Assembly: GCF_001194135.2 (NCBI RefSeq)
Contig: NC_068983.1
Coordinates: 14,200,251 to 14,264,250, forward strand
Reading direction: 5' to 3'
Source of the DNA: Octopus bimaculoides
Taxonomy: Eukaryota
DNA: 64,000 nt
Made by a program: the position numbers and the translations under genes. Under the pieces are notes generated by a model. The model saw only the letters and a list, made by a program, of their open reading frames with translations. It ran no database searches and was not told the origin of the DNA. Each line of letters begins with the position of its first letter. Position 1 is the first letter of the stretch. This document shows positions 1 to 11,559 of the stretch, in pieces.

Positions 1-80
1 CGACTAAAATCGTTCAAGGTAGTGCCCCAGCATGGCTGCAATCAAATTATTGAAAGAAGTAAAATATACAAGATAAAAGA
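1..80 (+). mobile_element. 3' end of tRNA-derived SINE family B (window-truncated)
   Basis: cgactaaa...ccagcatggctgcaatcaaattattgaaa matches the 3' end of family-B copies at 3243-3638 and 41772-42191. Confidence 0.65.
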
Positions 81-126
81 TATATATGACTGTGTGTGTG
101 CTTGTGTGTGTTTGTGTGTATGTGTT

Positions 127-358
127 ATTTCTTTACTACCCACAAGGGGCTACACACAGAGGGGACAAACAAGGACAGACAAACGGATTAAGTCGATTAT
201 ATCGACCCCAGTGCGTAACTGGTACTTATTTAATCGACTCTGAAAGGATGAAAGGTAAAGTCGACCTCGGCGGAATTTGAACTCAGAACGTAGCGGCAGA
301 CGAAATACCGCTAAGCATTTCGCCCGGCGTGCTAACGTTTCTGCCAGCTCACCGCCTT
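127..358 (-). mobile_element. tRNA-derived SINE family A, full-length (octopus OK/OR-type SINE; exact family name not assigned)
   Basis: Minus strand reads ggcggtgagctggcagaaacgttagc (A-box-like)...gttctgagttcaaattcc (B box)...; near-identical copy at 55117-55346. Confidence 0.85.
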
Positions 359-1290
359 GTGTGTATGTGTATGTGCCTATACATACATTCATACAGCCCT
401 CATGAACATGGGCCTCGACATAGCCCGCTATGGAGACATAAGACATGAGACCGTTAGCGTTATTCAAAAATATAAACTATCAAAAATAACGATGCGAAAA
501 CTTTCAAACGCCTAACATCTTTAACCACCTATGGACATGAATGTGCTATCATTTGGCAATACACTTATTTTACTTCAAACTGATTAACTTTCAATGCGTG
601 GCCTCTTCTTATCTCTCTTATACATTAATAGATAATTGAAGAATTTCCTAAATATATCTCAACAAAAGTTTAAACATAATTCCGGCACGTGAGAAATTGA
701 TTAAAACTTACAACTCATATTCCTACAATATAACTAGATTTTAACTTCTCTTAAAGCCATTTAAAGGAGATTTTATCTATACTTCCAAACTATGCATATT
801 TTGCTAGTCCTTCCCGAAAACGATAATTCAAGAAAATCCCCAATTGTATTCTGTGAATGGGAGGAAATGAATGGGACCAGGGTAGATGATATGAATTGCA
901 GAAAATCCAAAATAGACATTAATAATGCGATAGAAATTATAAAGATTTGGTCTCGACAAAATACTATGCCTCAGAATTCAAGATGTTCTGTGTATATTTT
1001 GAGTTCTACTGTTATAAGGCATGATTTTTTCCTCAGTAGGTTCAATAAAATACGTGCCAGGTAGTTTGTTGTTAAGGTTTTTTCTAAGGAAAGGATAATG
1101 GGCGTATATGTCACATTTCAGTAGTTTTGGGAGCAAAATCTCATCAGCACCCATCTAACTATTTAACCTTCCACGAACACATTGCTTAAACAGCCACCAA
1201 ATACAGCGGTGTAATGTTATTGGATACACCAATTTTACATATTAAACATATTCCTGGAAGCTTGCAGGTAAATATTAATGACTTGTATCT

Positions 1291-1594
1291 CATTATTTAC
1301 ATTATTTACAATTGACGGATATTTGTCCTCATCTTGTTTGTTGTTAGCACGCTTCGGCTGATATACCCGCCAACCTTCATCAGGTATCATGGGGAAATTT
1401 CGAACGCGGGTTCTCATTCCTAAGGTATTTTTTGATGTTATTATTATTATTATTATTATTCAGGTCACTGCCTGGAACCGGACTCGGAATCTTGGGGTTA
1501 GTAGCCCGCGCTCTTAACCACTATGTTATATGCCCGTCAAATGTAAATAATGTAAATAATGTACATAATTCCTCATCTCTTAAATATAGAACTG
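1291..1594 (-). mobile_element. SINE family D copy 1: tRNA head (1535-1461) + (TAA)n + body with hammerhead + tail, plus inverted 3' tail on + strand (1534-1594)
   Basis: Head gggcatataacatagtggttaagagcgcgggctactaaccccaagattccgagtccggttccaggcagtgacctg; homologous end to end with 17631-17968. Confidence 0.8.
1345..1388 (-). ncRNA. Degenerate minimal hammerhead ribozyme in SINE D copy 1
   Basis: gatac CTGATGA a ggttg gcgggtatat cagcc GAAGC gtg; stem II intact, GAAAC changed to GAAGC, cleavage-site region deleted relative to copy 2. Confidence 0.55.
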
Positions 1595-2135
1595 TTGTAT
1601 CTCATTGTTTGTTTACATCTGAAGTATCGGATGCGAAACGTCTTACGAAAAATCTGTTGGCTATAATTTCTATAGAATATCTGTAGAGATAACCAGGTTA
1701 ACAATTTGGCAGAGCGTTTAGATAATCAGATAGGATTCCTTGCGGGTTTTGTTCATTATTCTTAGCGTTGATTCTGTTTCAGTCTGGAAGAAATCGGCTG
1801 TATTCAGGTTTGGAGAGGGATTGACTCCTATGCCTTCTTCGGATGTTGAAAATGCACATATACATTAAACTCCTTCCTTACAAAAGTGCAAGCTTCTGTT
1901 TATGTATAGCTGGTTATCATAAATGGGCTACTTACATTTGCTCCACCAGATACTTGATGTGACGAGTTTCTGGTAGAGATTTTCCGATAGAAGGTCTCTG
2001 TTACTGTATAAGCGATAATTTGTAGACAGTTATATGCATAAATCTATGTGGCTGTGTTTAACCAGAAACATTACCTCACTCAATATACACTCACTCGTAC
2101 ATAACTTCACCCGCATAATACATCTAGACATTTAT

Positions 2136-2182
<47 letters not shown>

Positions 2183-2232
2183 CATTTATCATAAAATGTT
2201 GTAAGAATTTGACACCCGTGGAGGCGAAGTCT

Positions 2233-2263
2233 GACATGTTTCAGTCTTACGAACTGTCATCAG
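2233..2263 (-). ncRNA. Minimal type-I hammerhead core
   Basis: CTGATGA c agt tcgtaag act GAAAC AT GTC: canonical core, palindromic ACATGT stem III, GUC triplet; stem I poorly paired. Confidence 0.5.
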
Positions 2264-2769
2264 CAAAATATAGCTTATTCTAGTTCTTACAACATTTAGT
2301 GATAGAGAATCACAAAGGAAATGCACAAGAAAAGTAGATGGGTAAGTACATTTCAGAGAGCGTCCTTACATGATATCCCGCACAGTCATTTTTTCCACAT
2401 AGAACTACAGATAGACATTTTGAGAGAAATAAACATCTCCAATATATATCCAGTAGTGTAAACCAAACATCCGGCAAGTTACATATCTGGATTTCCATTT
2501 GCAGTGAAAAGAAATAATGATTTTTATGAATATGACTTTACATCAATCTGAATCTTATAAAAAACTATTGTCTTGAGTATAAATGTGAAGTTAATATGAT
2601 GCAGGATTTTTGCTCTTCTTATCTCTAGACCTTTGTAAATAGATGTCGCAATGAAAACCTCAATAAAATGTAAGCACAACAGACATGGTGTAACGATATA
2701 GAATAGAGAAAAGAAACTGTGTACAGTTGTGGGAATTAGCTGCTCAGCGAATGTTAACATAAAGCTAAA

Positions 2770-3225
2770 AGCCAGTGAAAAAGAGAATACCTACGCTGAA
2801 CTATCTGCAGTTACTCAATCCAGATTACAAGTTCAGTTTTATATCTGCAATTATTGAGGCCCTGAGATATGTAACACATTGCCTAAATATCAATTTTGAG
2901 AAATTAGGCTTCTCAAAACCAGAAAGGAGAAAGCTAATTCGAAGACTACAGATCCATTCCGTCAGTGGAGCTGAAAAAAAATCTGTAAAACTTTCCAGAA
3001 GTTTATCATTTAAATATATGTGAGTATGTCTAGATATGCAACTATATGCATGAGAATACATACATAAAACAAAACATACAAATCTAAATATATACATACA
3101 AACAAAAATACCCTGTTACTGATGTTGAAATTCCAATGAAGGAGCCTTGGATCTGGGTTAGAAACCGGTTCTTTCTCTATTGGCAAGAATTCTTCAAATA
3201 AACTGAATAATGACATACATACATA
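2770..3225 (+). repeat. Dispersed repeat family F, copy 1 (3' end carries HHR-like motif; ends in (CATA)n)
   Basis: aaactttccagaagttta...gatgttgaaattcca...ctctattgg...aactgaataatgacat shared with 51790-52060. Confidence 0.7.
3127..3175 (+). ncRNA. Hammerhead-like motif with variant core CCAATGA
   Basis: gaaa tt CCAATGA agg agcc ttggatct gggtt a GAAAC CG GTT c tttc; palindromic ACCGGT, GUU triplet, gaaa/tttc stem I. Confidence 0.35.
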
Positions 3226-3242
3226 CAATATATTCTTTTAAT

Positions 3243-3638
3243 CTTTTATTTGTCTCAGTCAAATGACTGCGGTCATGCTGGAGCACCGCTTTGAAGTGTT
3301 TTGGTCGAATAATTCGACCATACGCCTAATCTTTAAGTCTAGTACTTATTCTATCAGTTTTGCCGAACCACTCAGTTACGAGGACGTAAACACACCAACA
3401 CCGGTTGTCAAGCAATGATGGGGAGACAAACACAGACACTAAGACGCACACACACACGTACGCACGCATATATACGACGGTCTTCTTTCTTTTTCCGTCT
3501 ACCAAGTCCACTCACAAGGCTTTGGTCGACACGAGACTATAATGGCAAACACGTGCCCAAGGTGCCACGCAATGGGACTGAACCTGGAACCATGTACTTG
3601 GGAAGCAAGCTTCTTACCATACAGCCACGCTTGCGCCT
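3243..3638 (-). mobile_element. tRNA-derived SINE family B, full-length
   Basis: Head aggcgcaagcgtggctgtatggtaagaagcttgcttcccaagtacatggttccaggttcagtccc; internal (CA)/(TA) tract; homologous to 18831-19239, 41772-42191, 54428-54850. Confidence 0.85.
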
Positions 3639-3651
3639 CCACTGTCACGCA

Positions 3652-3653
<2 letters not shown>

Positions 3654-3692
<39 letters not shown>

Positions 3693-3702
3693 GTCTATCT
3701 AT
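3654..3702. repeat. (TATC)n microsatellite
   Basis: Direct reading. Confidence 0.9.
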
Positions 3703-4885
3703 CAGTTGCACGTGTATACACACTCACACATATATATATATATATGGATATATACTTAGCTATCTGCATGTATGTATGTATGTATATATGTATGTATGTT
3801 TGTATGTATATATATATATATNNNNNNNNNNNNNNNNNNNNNNNNNNNNNNNNNNNNNNNNNNNNNNNNNNNNNNNNNNNNNNNNNNNNNNNNNNNNNNN
3901 NNNNNNNNNNNNNNNNNNNNNNNNNNNNNNNNNNNNNNNNNNNNNNNNNNNNNNNNNNNNNNNNNNNNNNNNNNNNNNNNNNNNNNNNNNNNNNNNNNNN
4001 NNNNNNNNNNNNNNNNNNAAGTAATTTCGATGCATTAAATAAAATATTTGTTACATTCGAATGAAAACATTACCTTTCGATAATGTTATTTTTCCCCGCC
4101 TGCTTTCACGCTGCTAGAACGTATTTGTCGTTGATCGTGGCTGCTTTTAAAAAGTTATTAGCGTGTGTGACGTACAGATTAAAATTTAAAAATAAATAAT
4201 TTTTACGATTAATATTTTCTATTTGGCATGTATTCATTATTTTATCGTACACAAAGCCATATCTTTCTTTCATCGTCAGTTTTAGTAAGGCATTACAAAA
4301 AAAAAAAAAAAGAATTCGTTTGAAGGAAGTAAAATCGGTGTGGATGAAATAAAGGAGGTGTGTAAAGGAGGTACGAAACTGCTTTCTTCAGAGCCGATGA
4401 AGGCAGTCTTCTGCGGTTACTCGGCTGGCTGGAAACACTGGCCAAATTTACCTAGCTGCACATTATGTTGCATTAAGTGGGGAAAGATTCGTCATGTTAT
4501 GAAGTCGCTGTCGGGTCGTTCTGTTCGAAATTTCGTGATCATAGTTTTTTTCGGCCTGGGATTGTCTGGCGCAAAACGGAAGCCGCATCAGTAGCAATAA
4601 CAAAAAGGAAAATCATAGGGAAGGAAAAAATACACTGAAGTTTAATAAGATCTCATAAAATGCAAGAAATAATAACCATTTTTCTTTTAAATTTATCCCA
4701 TTGTCCTCCAAAATAGCGAGGGACATATCATTCGTACTAACGTAAAAAAGAATTATAACCATCGTTCTGCTCGGTAAATGTTGGTCCAGGGTTAAAGAAC
4801 TGTACCCCCACTTCAGGTCTTCTATAGTGAGGTAGAACATATTCTAAACCAGCACTTAGTTTAGAATTATCTGTTGTACATGTCA

Positions 4886-5270
4886 GTAGAGGCCCAATGG
4901 CCCAGTGGTTAGGGCAGCGGACTCGCCGTCATAGGATCGCGATTTCGATTCCCTGACCGTGCGTTGTGAGTGTTTATTGAGCGAAAACACCTAAAGCTCC
5001 ACGAGGCTCCGGCAGGGGATGGTGGCGAACTCTGCTGTACTCTTTCATCACAACTTTCTCTCACTCTTACTTCCTGTTTCTGTTGTGCCTGTATTTCAAA
5101 GGGCCAGCCTTGTCACACTCTGTATCACGCTGAACATCCCCGAGAACTACTTTAAGGGTACACGTGTCTGTGGAGTGCTCAACCACTTGCACGTTAATTT
5201 TACGAGGCCGGCTGTTCCGTTGATCTGATCAACTGGAACCCTCGTCGTCGTAAGCGACGGAGTGCCAACC
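4886..5270 (+). mobile_element. tRNA-derived SINE family C, long-tail form
   Basis: aatggcccagtggttagggcagcggactcg (A box), gatttcgattccc (B box); tail ...ccctcgtcgtcgtaagcgacggagtgcc shared with 55445-55745 (-). Confidence 0.8.
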
Positions 5271-6504
5271 TAACCTGTACACGTTGTTTACTGATTTCGG
5301 GATTGAGTAATTGAGCTTAAAATGTTAAGAAACTTGACTTCTTTGTATATGAAAAATAGCCAAATATTCAATCAACTTGTGGGAAAGGGTTACACGGAGA
5401 CCACGAAACAGTTTAATATAAACAATGCAGTTGTTAGAAGAGAGAGAAAAATCAAATCAGAAGCCAGGGCCAGTATAACCATTAGATTTTCCATAACTAT
5501 AAACATAGGTCGCATCATAAATTTTGTGTTTTATTAATATCATTTAAAATCATATCTCTCCGATTTACTCGTTTTCGATTTGCCCAGTTTACAATTTACT
5601 CTGTAAAGCGATGCAACTCTGTGTGTGTGTGAGTGAGTATGTGTTTTTGCATAAATACATATATACAAACCTAATTGAAGCAGTATTAATTTTAGACAGT
5701 CATCTGCGTATCATACTTAATGATCTGTGTATCATACTTTTACAGGCAAGTTAGAGCGGTTTTCGTTCGAGAATCTCTTATAGACATACTGTGTTTCAAA
5801 ACATGATATATATCGGAAGGAAAAGAAATATCGTCCGGCAACGGCTACTAAGGAGAGCAAAGACATTTCGTCCTTATTGAACTTTGTCAATGGTGTCTAC
5901 TCGCAGCCGGCCATGTGCCTAGATGCGATTTGTTGCCCCAGGACTAGAGAAAAGTGGAACATTGTGCATAAAAGTTATTCAAAACACTTATCAAGACCGA
6001 AAAGCATCTGGTGTCCTCGCTTGCTGGTGTTCAAACTATTTCTCGTTTCCCTTATATATATATATATATATATNNNNNNNNNNNNNNNNNNNNNNNNNNN
6101 NNNNNNNNNNNNNNNNNNNNNNNNNNNNNNNNNNNNNNNNNNNNNNNNNNNNNNNNNNNNNNNNNNNNNNNNNNNNNNNNNNNNNNNNNNNNNNNNNNNN
6201 NNNNNNNNNNNNNNNNNNNNNNNNNNNNNNNNNNNNNNNNNNNNNNNNNNNNNNNNNNNNNNNNNNNNNNNNNNNNNNNNNNNNNNNNNNNNNNNNNNNN
6301 NNNNNNNNNNNNNNNNNNNNNNNNNNNNNNNNNNNNNNNNNNNNNNNNNNNNNNNNNNNNNNNNNNNNNNNNNNNNNNNNNNNNNNNNNNNNNNNNNNNN
6401 NNNNNNNNNNNNNNNNNNNNNNNNNNNNNNNNNNNNNNNNNNNNNNNNNNNNNNNNNNNNNNNNNNNNNNNNNNNNNNNNNNNNNNNNNNNNNNNNNNNN
6501 ATAT

Positions 6505-6610
6505 ATATATAGGGTGTATTAGTTTTTGACGTTCGGGAACGTGAGAAAGTGATTGCATTTCGAGCCTACGCTCTTCAATAGAAAAGAATAAGAGAACATT
6601 TCCAGAGAGA
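6505..6610 (-). mobile_element. Penelope-associated terminal-repeat segment with degenerate HHR
   Basis: tttt CTATTGA a gagc gtag gctc GAAAT gc...cgtcaaaaactaatacaccc, homologous to 52141-52215; same strand and ~550 bp downstream of a GIY-YIG fragment. Confidence 0.55.
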
Positions 6611-6829
6611 GAATGAAAAAAAATTGTGGATTTAGCAATCAAGCATGGTGACTGGTTGGGAAAAAAAGGTTTGACAGGGAGGGTAGAAAGAGGGGAGATA
6701 ATAAAGTATTGTTGGTCTAAAAGCGAAGGTGCGTGTGCGTATCTGTATGCGAGAATGTTTGTGTGTGTGGATAAGGGTTAATGGCTTTGACGTATGGATG
6801 TGTGCATGTGTAAGTGTGCGCGTCTATAA

Positions 6830-7062
6830 TGTGTGGGTGTGTGGATGATGGTGTAGGGTGTGCAGATGATGGTGTGTGGATGTGCAGTTGATGGTGTGTG
6901 GTGTGGGTGCTGGGAAGTGGATAGTGCTAGTGTGCGTGGAGTGGTGTGGGGTGGTGTGATGCGGTGTGGTGGCGTGGTAGTGTATGGTGTGGGTGTAGGG
7001 ATGTGGGTGTAGGGATGTGGGTGTGGGGATGTGGGTGTGGGGTGCGGTGTTGGTAGTGGGGG
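6830..7062. repeat. Imperfect G/T-rich (GTG/GTGG)n low-complexity tract
   Basis: Direct reading. Confidence 0.85.
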
Positions 7063-7149
7063 TATCAACGAAGAGAGAAGATGGGTAGGAGTGAAGAGAG
7101 GAAGTATCTGTCATATGAAAAAAGGAGAGGAGGAGAGTCAAATGAAGAG

Positions 7150-7515
7150 AGGAGGGGAGCTCATGTGGCGCAAAGGAGCGAAAAGAGAATATTAAATCCT
7201 GTTCACGGTGAAGGCGGAAGTCCAGATGGCCCCTGTGCAAAGACAATCCAAACACAGACAGGTGTTGTAGTGAATGACCAGTAGAACGGAAGTGGAGCGA
7301 GACTGGGGTGTCATTGCCGAGTCTGGTGTCTCGGAGGTGCTCCTCGAACCGGTCAGCCAAGCGGCGTGACGGTTGACCGATGTACAGAGAAGGACAGAAA
7401 GAGCAGGAGATGCAGTAAATGACGTTGCTAGAAGTGCAAGTAAAGGAGTCGGTGATATGATAAGGACGATGATGGGTGCCTGTGAGGATGATGGCGTTGG
7501 GGAAGTTTGGGCAAG
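7150..7515 (-). mobile_element. Penelope-like element, GIY-YIG endonuclease fragment
   Basis: Minus-strand translation DSFTCTSSNVIYCISCSFCPSLYIGQPSRRLADRFEEHLRD...VSLHF...EQDLIF matches the VIY..C..C..YIGQT.R.L..RF.EH pattern of PLE GIY-YIG domains. Confidence 0.85.
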
Positions 7516-7735
7516 TGCGATGGGGTGCTGAGAAGTTCCTGATTTTGGGTAAAAGAAAGTACAGGAGGATCAGTCAATTATGATTTTATTCAACATATTC
7601 CCCTCTCAAATTCACAAACTTATTGCAGAGGTCCTTCAGTTTTGTTAGCCATGTAAAAGAACTCGGGAGATTGGGCCTCCAACCAGGCCTTTCACGTTAT
7701 CCCTAAAACCAGGAATTTTTCAGAAACCCCTTGTA
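7516..7735. mobile_element. Tc1/mariner-type MITE, copy 1
   Basis: Degenerate TIRs tgcgatggggtgctgagaagttcctg / ccaggaatttttcagaaaccccttgta; reverse-complement homolog of 46285-46479. Confidence 0.7.
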
Positions 7736-8063
7736 TAAATATCATAAAACACGACTCTGCTTTTATTTGCAATAAAAAACTTTAAGCCAAATATATATTC
7801 CCCATTGAAACAGACCAATATTTCATCATATTAGTCTTTTAATAATAAATTGACATCATGATTATTGCACTTTTAGTGAATAGAAAAGTAATACACTACC
7901 AACATTTGCTGTAACTCGCAAGTTCTCGTAGTTTTCCGCTGTAATCATTTATCAGAGAGAAAAGTACATTAAAAAGGAATAAGTCAAAATAACGTAAATA
8001 GTTGTTTTCACGACTTCATCACGTTGGTACATTTATTAGTTCTTTTATGTATATGTATATATG

Positions 8064-8109
<46 letters not shown>

Positions 8110-9461
8110 AGTATGAAAAGCTACTATTCAGAATATTTTTGATAACACATTTGAAAGAATCTACAGAATACAAATATTTTCGTCAGATATTTTGAAAGAG
8201 TTGTTTGCGCATGTTCGCCAATATTTTAGTGTGTGCGTGAGTAACTACATATACGTCTATGTGTGCAAAATTTATTGCCATTTAGTGTTGTGTCTCCTCC
8301 ATCTTTTGTTCGTCTATATTTTGGCGCTGTTATTCATTTATATCTATTTTTTTTCTGGGTAATACGTTTGTTTGTGTTTGGTGTATATATATATATATGT
8401 ATATNNNNNNNNNNNNNNNNNNNNNNNNNNNNNNNNNNNNNNNNNNNNNNNNNNNNNNNNNNNNNNNNNNNNNNNNNNNNNNNNNNNNNNNNNNNNNNNN
8501 NNNNNNNNNNNNNNNNNNNNNNNNNNNNNNNNNNNNNNNNNNNNNNNNNNNNNNNNNNNNNNNNNNNNNNNNNNNNNNNNNNNNNNNNNNNCACACACAC
8601 ACACACACGCACAATATCTTTCATACCGTAATATTCTATTGATTAATATAATGTACATGAAATGCATTTATATATGAAATGTATTTATTTACTTATTTAT
8701 TAGCTTTCCATATAGAAATATTGTATTGGAAAAATATTGCTAAAGAAAAAAAAAAAATAATATATAGTAACCGGAAATAATATTATGTTTTCAGAAATAT
8801 ACGCAGCGAATATAAATTATAATAGTGGGTGTATGTATTCAGTACACTTTAGAGAAAATTTTTAAATCATGGTAGTATTTGCTTTGTCGTTCTAAAATTA
8901 GTGGAAACAAGAAGAAACACTACAAAACATATTTAAAATGAAGTGGATAGCAATGTCAGGTAGTACACAACCATAAAGTTTCCTAAACCAAGTTTTCCCT
9001 TCAACTTGCTTTAAGATATACTCATTTATAGAAAAGCATTCTGTAAAGTACAATATCAAAAGAGTTCGTTTAGTCTTTTATATTTTCCTTGGATTTATGT
9101 TAGTTTTTTTTTTCGCTCTCAACCAAACAGCTCCATTTAGTACATGGTTTGATTTATTGTTTTCTGTAAATAAAAGGTCATTTTTTTATGTAGTAAAACT
9201 CAGTAGTACACAGGTTTGTATAATGTAGACGTATAAGCGTAATCACAGACACACACGGAACACATGTGTGTATGTGGTTGTATGTGAAGAAGAGGAAAGG
9301 ATAGATTGGAAGCATAACTTGTAAATACAACAAGCTGATACAATATAGTCACAAGCTCCGACACATAAACACATATTTAGGAGGAATTTCAACCATGTTT
9401 CGTGGTCTGCTACCACAACAGCTCCTTTATAGGATCCAGTTAGCTCAAGACATCAGCAGGA

Positions 9462-9546
9462 GGAACCACGTCCGGTTTCGGCCCCTACTCCTCTACCGTT
9501 TTGACGTGGCGGGGCCCCTCCTTTCGGAGGTGTCTTCAGCTCTGGT
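9462..9546 (-). ncRNA. Hammerhead-like motif with enlarged, branched stem II
   Basis: CTGAAGA ca cctccGAAAggagg ggcccc...ggggcc GAAAC CG GAC; triplet position reads GAC instead of GUH. Confidence 0.3.
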
Positions 9547-9775
9547 GTTGGGTGTATGTCTTCTTTCTTCTATAGGTTTCATAGAAATAGGTTGCGGAAA
9601 CATAAATGCATGACGCTTCGTATGAGTGTGCGTGTGTATCTGTGTACGTGTATATATGTGTGTTTTGACACACACACACACACACAACACACATACGCAC
9701 ACATATATATGTGTGTGTGTTTCTGTGTGTACATATTGATATATGTGCATGTATGTATATATATATATATATGTA

Positions 9776-9832
<57 letters not shown>

Positions 9833-10072
9833 NNNNNNNNNNNNNNNNNNNNNNNNNNNNNNNNNNNNNNNNNNNNNNNNNNNNNNNNNNNNNNNNNNNN
9901 NNNNNNNNNNNNNNNNNNNNNNNNNNNNNNNNNNNNNNNNNNNNNNNNNNNNNNNNNNNNNNNNNNNNNNNNNNNNNNNNNNNNNNNNNNNNNNNNNNNN
10001 NNNNNNNNNNNNNNNNNNNNNNNNNNNNNNNNNNNNNNNNNNNNNNNNNNNNNNNNNNNNNNNNNNNNNNNN

Positions 10073-10112
<40 letters not shown>

Positions 10113-11559
10113 TCACATGTATATATATGGATATAGATGGATAAAGAGATATAGCTTATGAAAACATTTATGCAAGAATATTTGTTTGTGTAGGTTTGTA
10201 TGTGCGTGCGTTTGTGCGTGCGTGTGTGTACATGCATTTGTGTGTGTACATGCGTTTGTGTGTGTGCATGTGTGTGTGCGTACATGTATATGTGTGTTTG
10301 CATGTGTGCGTGTGTGTATGCGTGTGTGTGTGAGTGTTTGTATGTGTATTTTTGCAATATGTCATCTGGTTCAACCTCAACCTGAACTCTCATACTGACG
10401 AATATTTTCTAAATTTGATTTCAAAACAGTTCACCCTCGGCAACAAACTGCGTAAACTATTGAAATACTAACATTCTAAGGTGATTTTCATTTGCTTTCT
10501 CAGCTTCTGCAATATTATTGCATACAGTAACCGCACTAACCCCCAGCATGAACACAGCAACCATGCACTCAAACGACTTTATGCCTTACAACGAAGGCAT
10601 TTAGCTATCTTCTGAAATCGCTGAAAGGAGAGACAAACATCGAGATAAGCAATTATGTAATCGCAACATTGGTGAGCTGTGCTTTCATGGTCTCAAATAT
10701 AATGATGAAGATAAAATCTACCAGCCATATGTGCATCTTTTCTGTAACAAAGTTAAAAATGCACCAAATAATATATAAAGCAGGATTTATAAAAATTGTT
10801 ACGTAAATCACACAAGTAACTTTACCTGCGAATGAAAGAGGAAGAATGCATATGTACGAGGCTATAGAGCGACTGAAATGTAGACCAGGTAACTTTAAAA
10901 TTCCTTGTTCCAGCTTTGAGTGCAGCATGAACATACTAAAAACTATCTAAGGCCTTCGCAACGAAGAAGCCAGATTTCTTGGTAAATGTCTTTAGGAAAA
11001 TAAATTTGACCCTTCTAACGATAATAGAACATGTAAATCAAATTCGATTGCCAGCTGTAGATAACTAACTCCCTTAATAATTCGTTTAATTGTTTTAAAT
11101 ATTCTTCGTGTTTTAAGTGACCTTTTAATTCTCAGGGCATTTCTCAATGATATTTTATTCTGAGAAATGATATTATACGCTCCTGTATTTCTCGTAATTT
11201 GTGTCTATATATAAGGGAAAGCATGAAAAATATCTGAAGAGTTTTGTCTTTCTCAATTCTTGGATATGTCTACAGATTCTACCTTCTGCTTGTTATGTCA
11301 GCATTGACTAATACATCTAAGCGTGCTTTCGTATTGTCTCCCTGATATATAGAATCTTTTGTTATCGCTTTTTGTTAATCATATGTTGACGCCATGCTGT
11401 ATTTAGAACAGGATGGAGCATTCCGGTGTATGTATCATTTAGAATTTGCTTCATACACGCTGTAATGTCCATGTTGTCGAACCATAAAAAAAATCTGACA
11501 ACTGAAAATCAGAAGATTCTATTCTAGTTTATCGCAGAAAATTAGATTTCCATATATTA

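Noticed and set aside
1461-1535. tRNA-like sequences here and at other SINE heads
   Set aside because: No complete acceptor stem and embedded in repeat bodies; these are SINE heads, not tRNA genes.
2524-2760. Hydrophobic ORF (SLFYIVTPCLL) vaguely like nicotinic/chemotactile receptor M1
   Set aside because: No Cys-loop or other family motif and no supporting exons; AT-rich DNA yields F/I/L/Y-rich peptides by chance.
10590-10620. Possible 31-nt minus-strand exon (strong acceptor, GTAAGG donor; RFQKIAKCLR)
   Set aside because: Peptide not recognisable and no partner exons; splice-like signals are common at this window size.
10653-10934. Hydrophobic ORF with LPLSFAGKV resembling the nAChR M1-M2 linker
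   Set aside because: Similarity is limited to a few residues and M2/M3 do not match.
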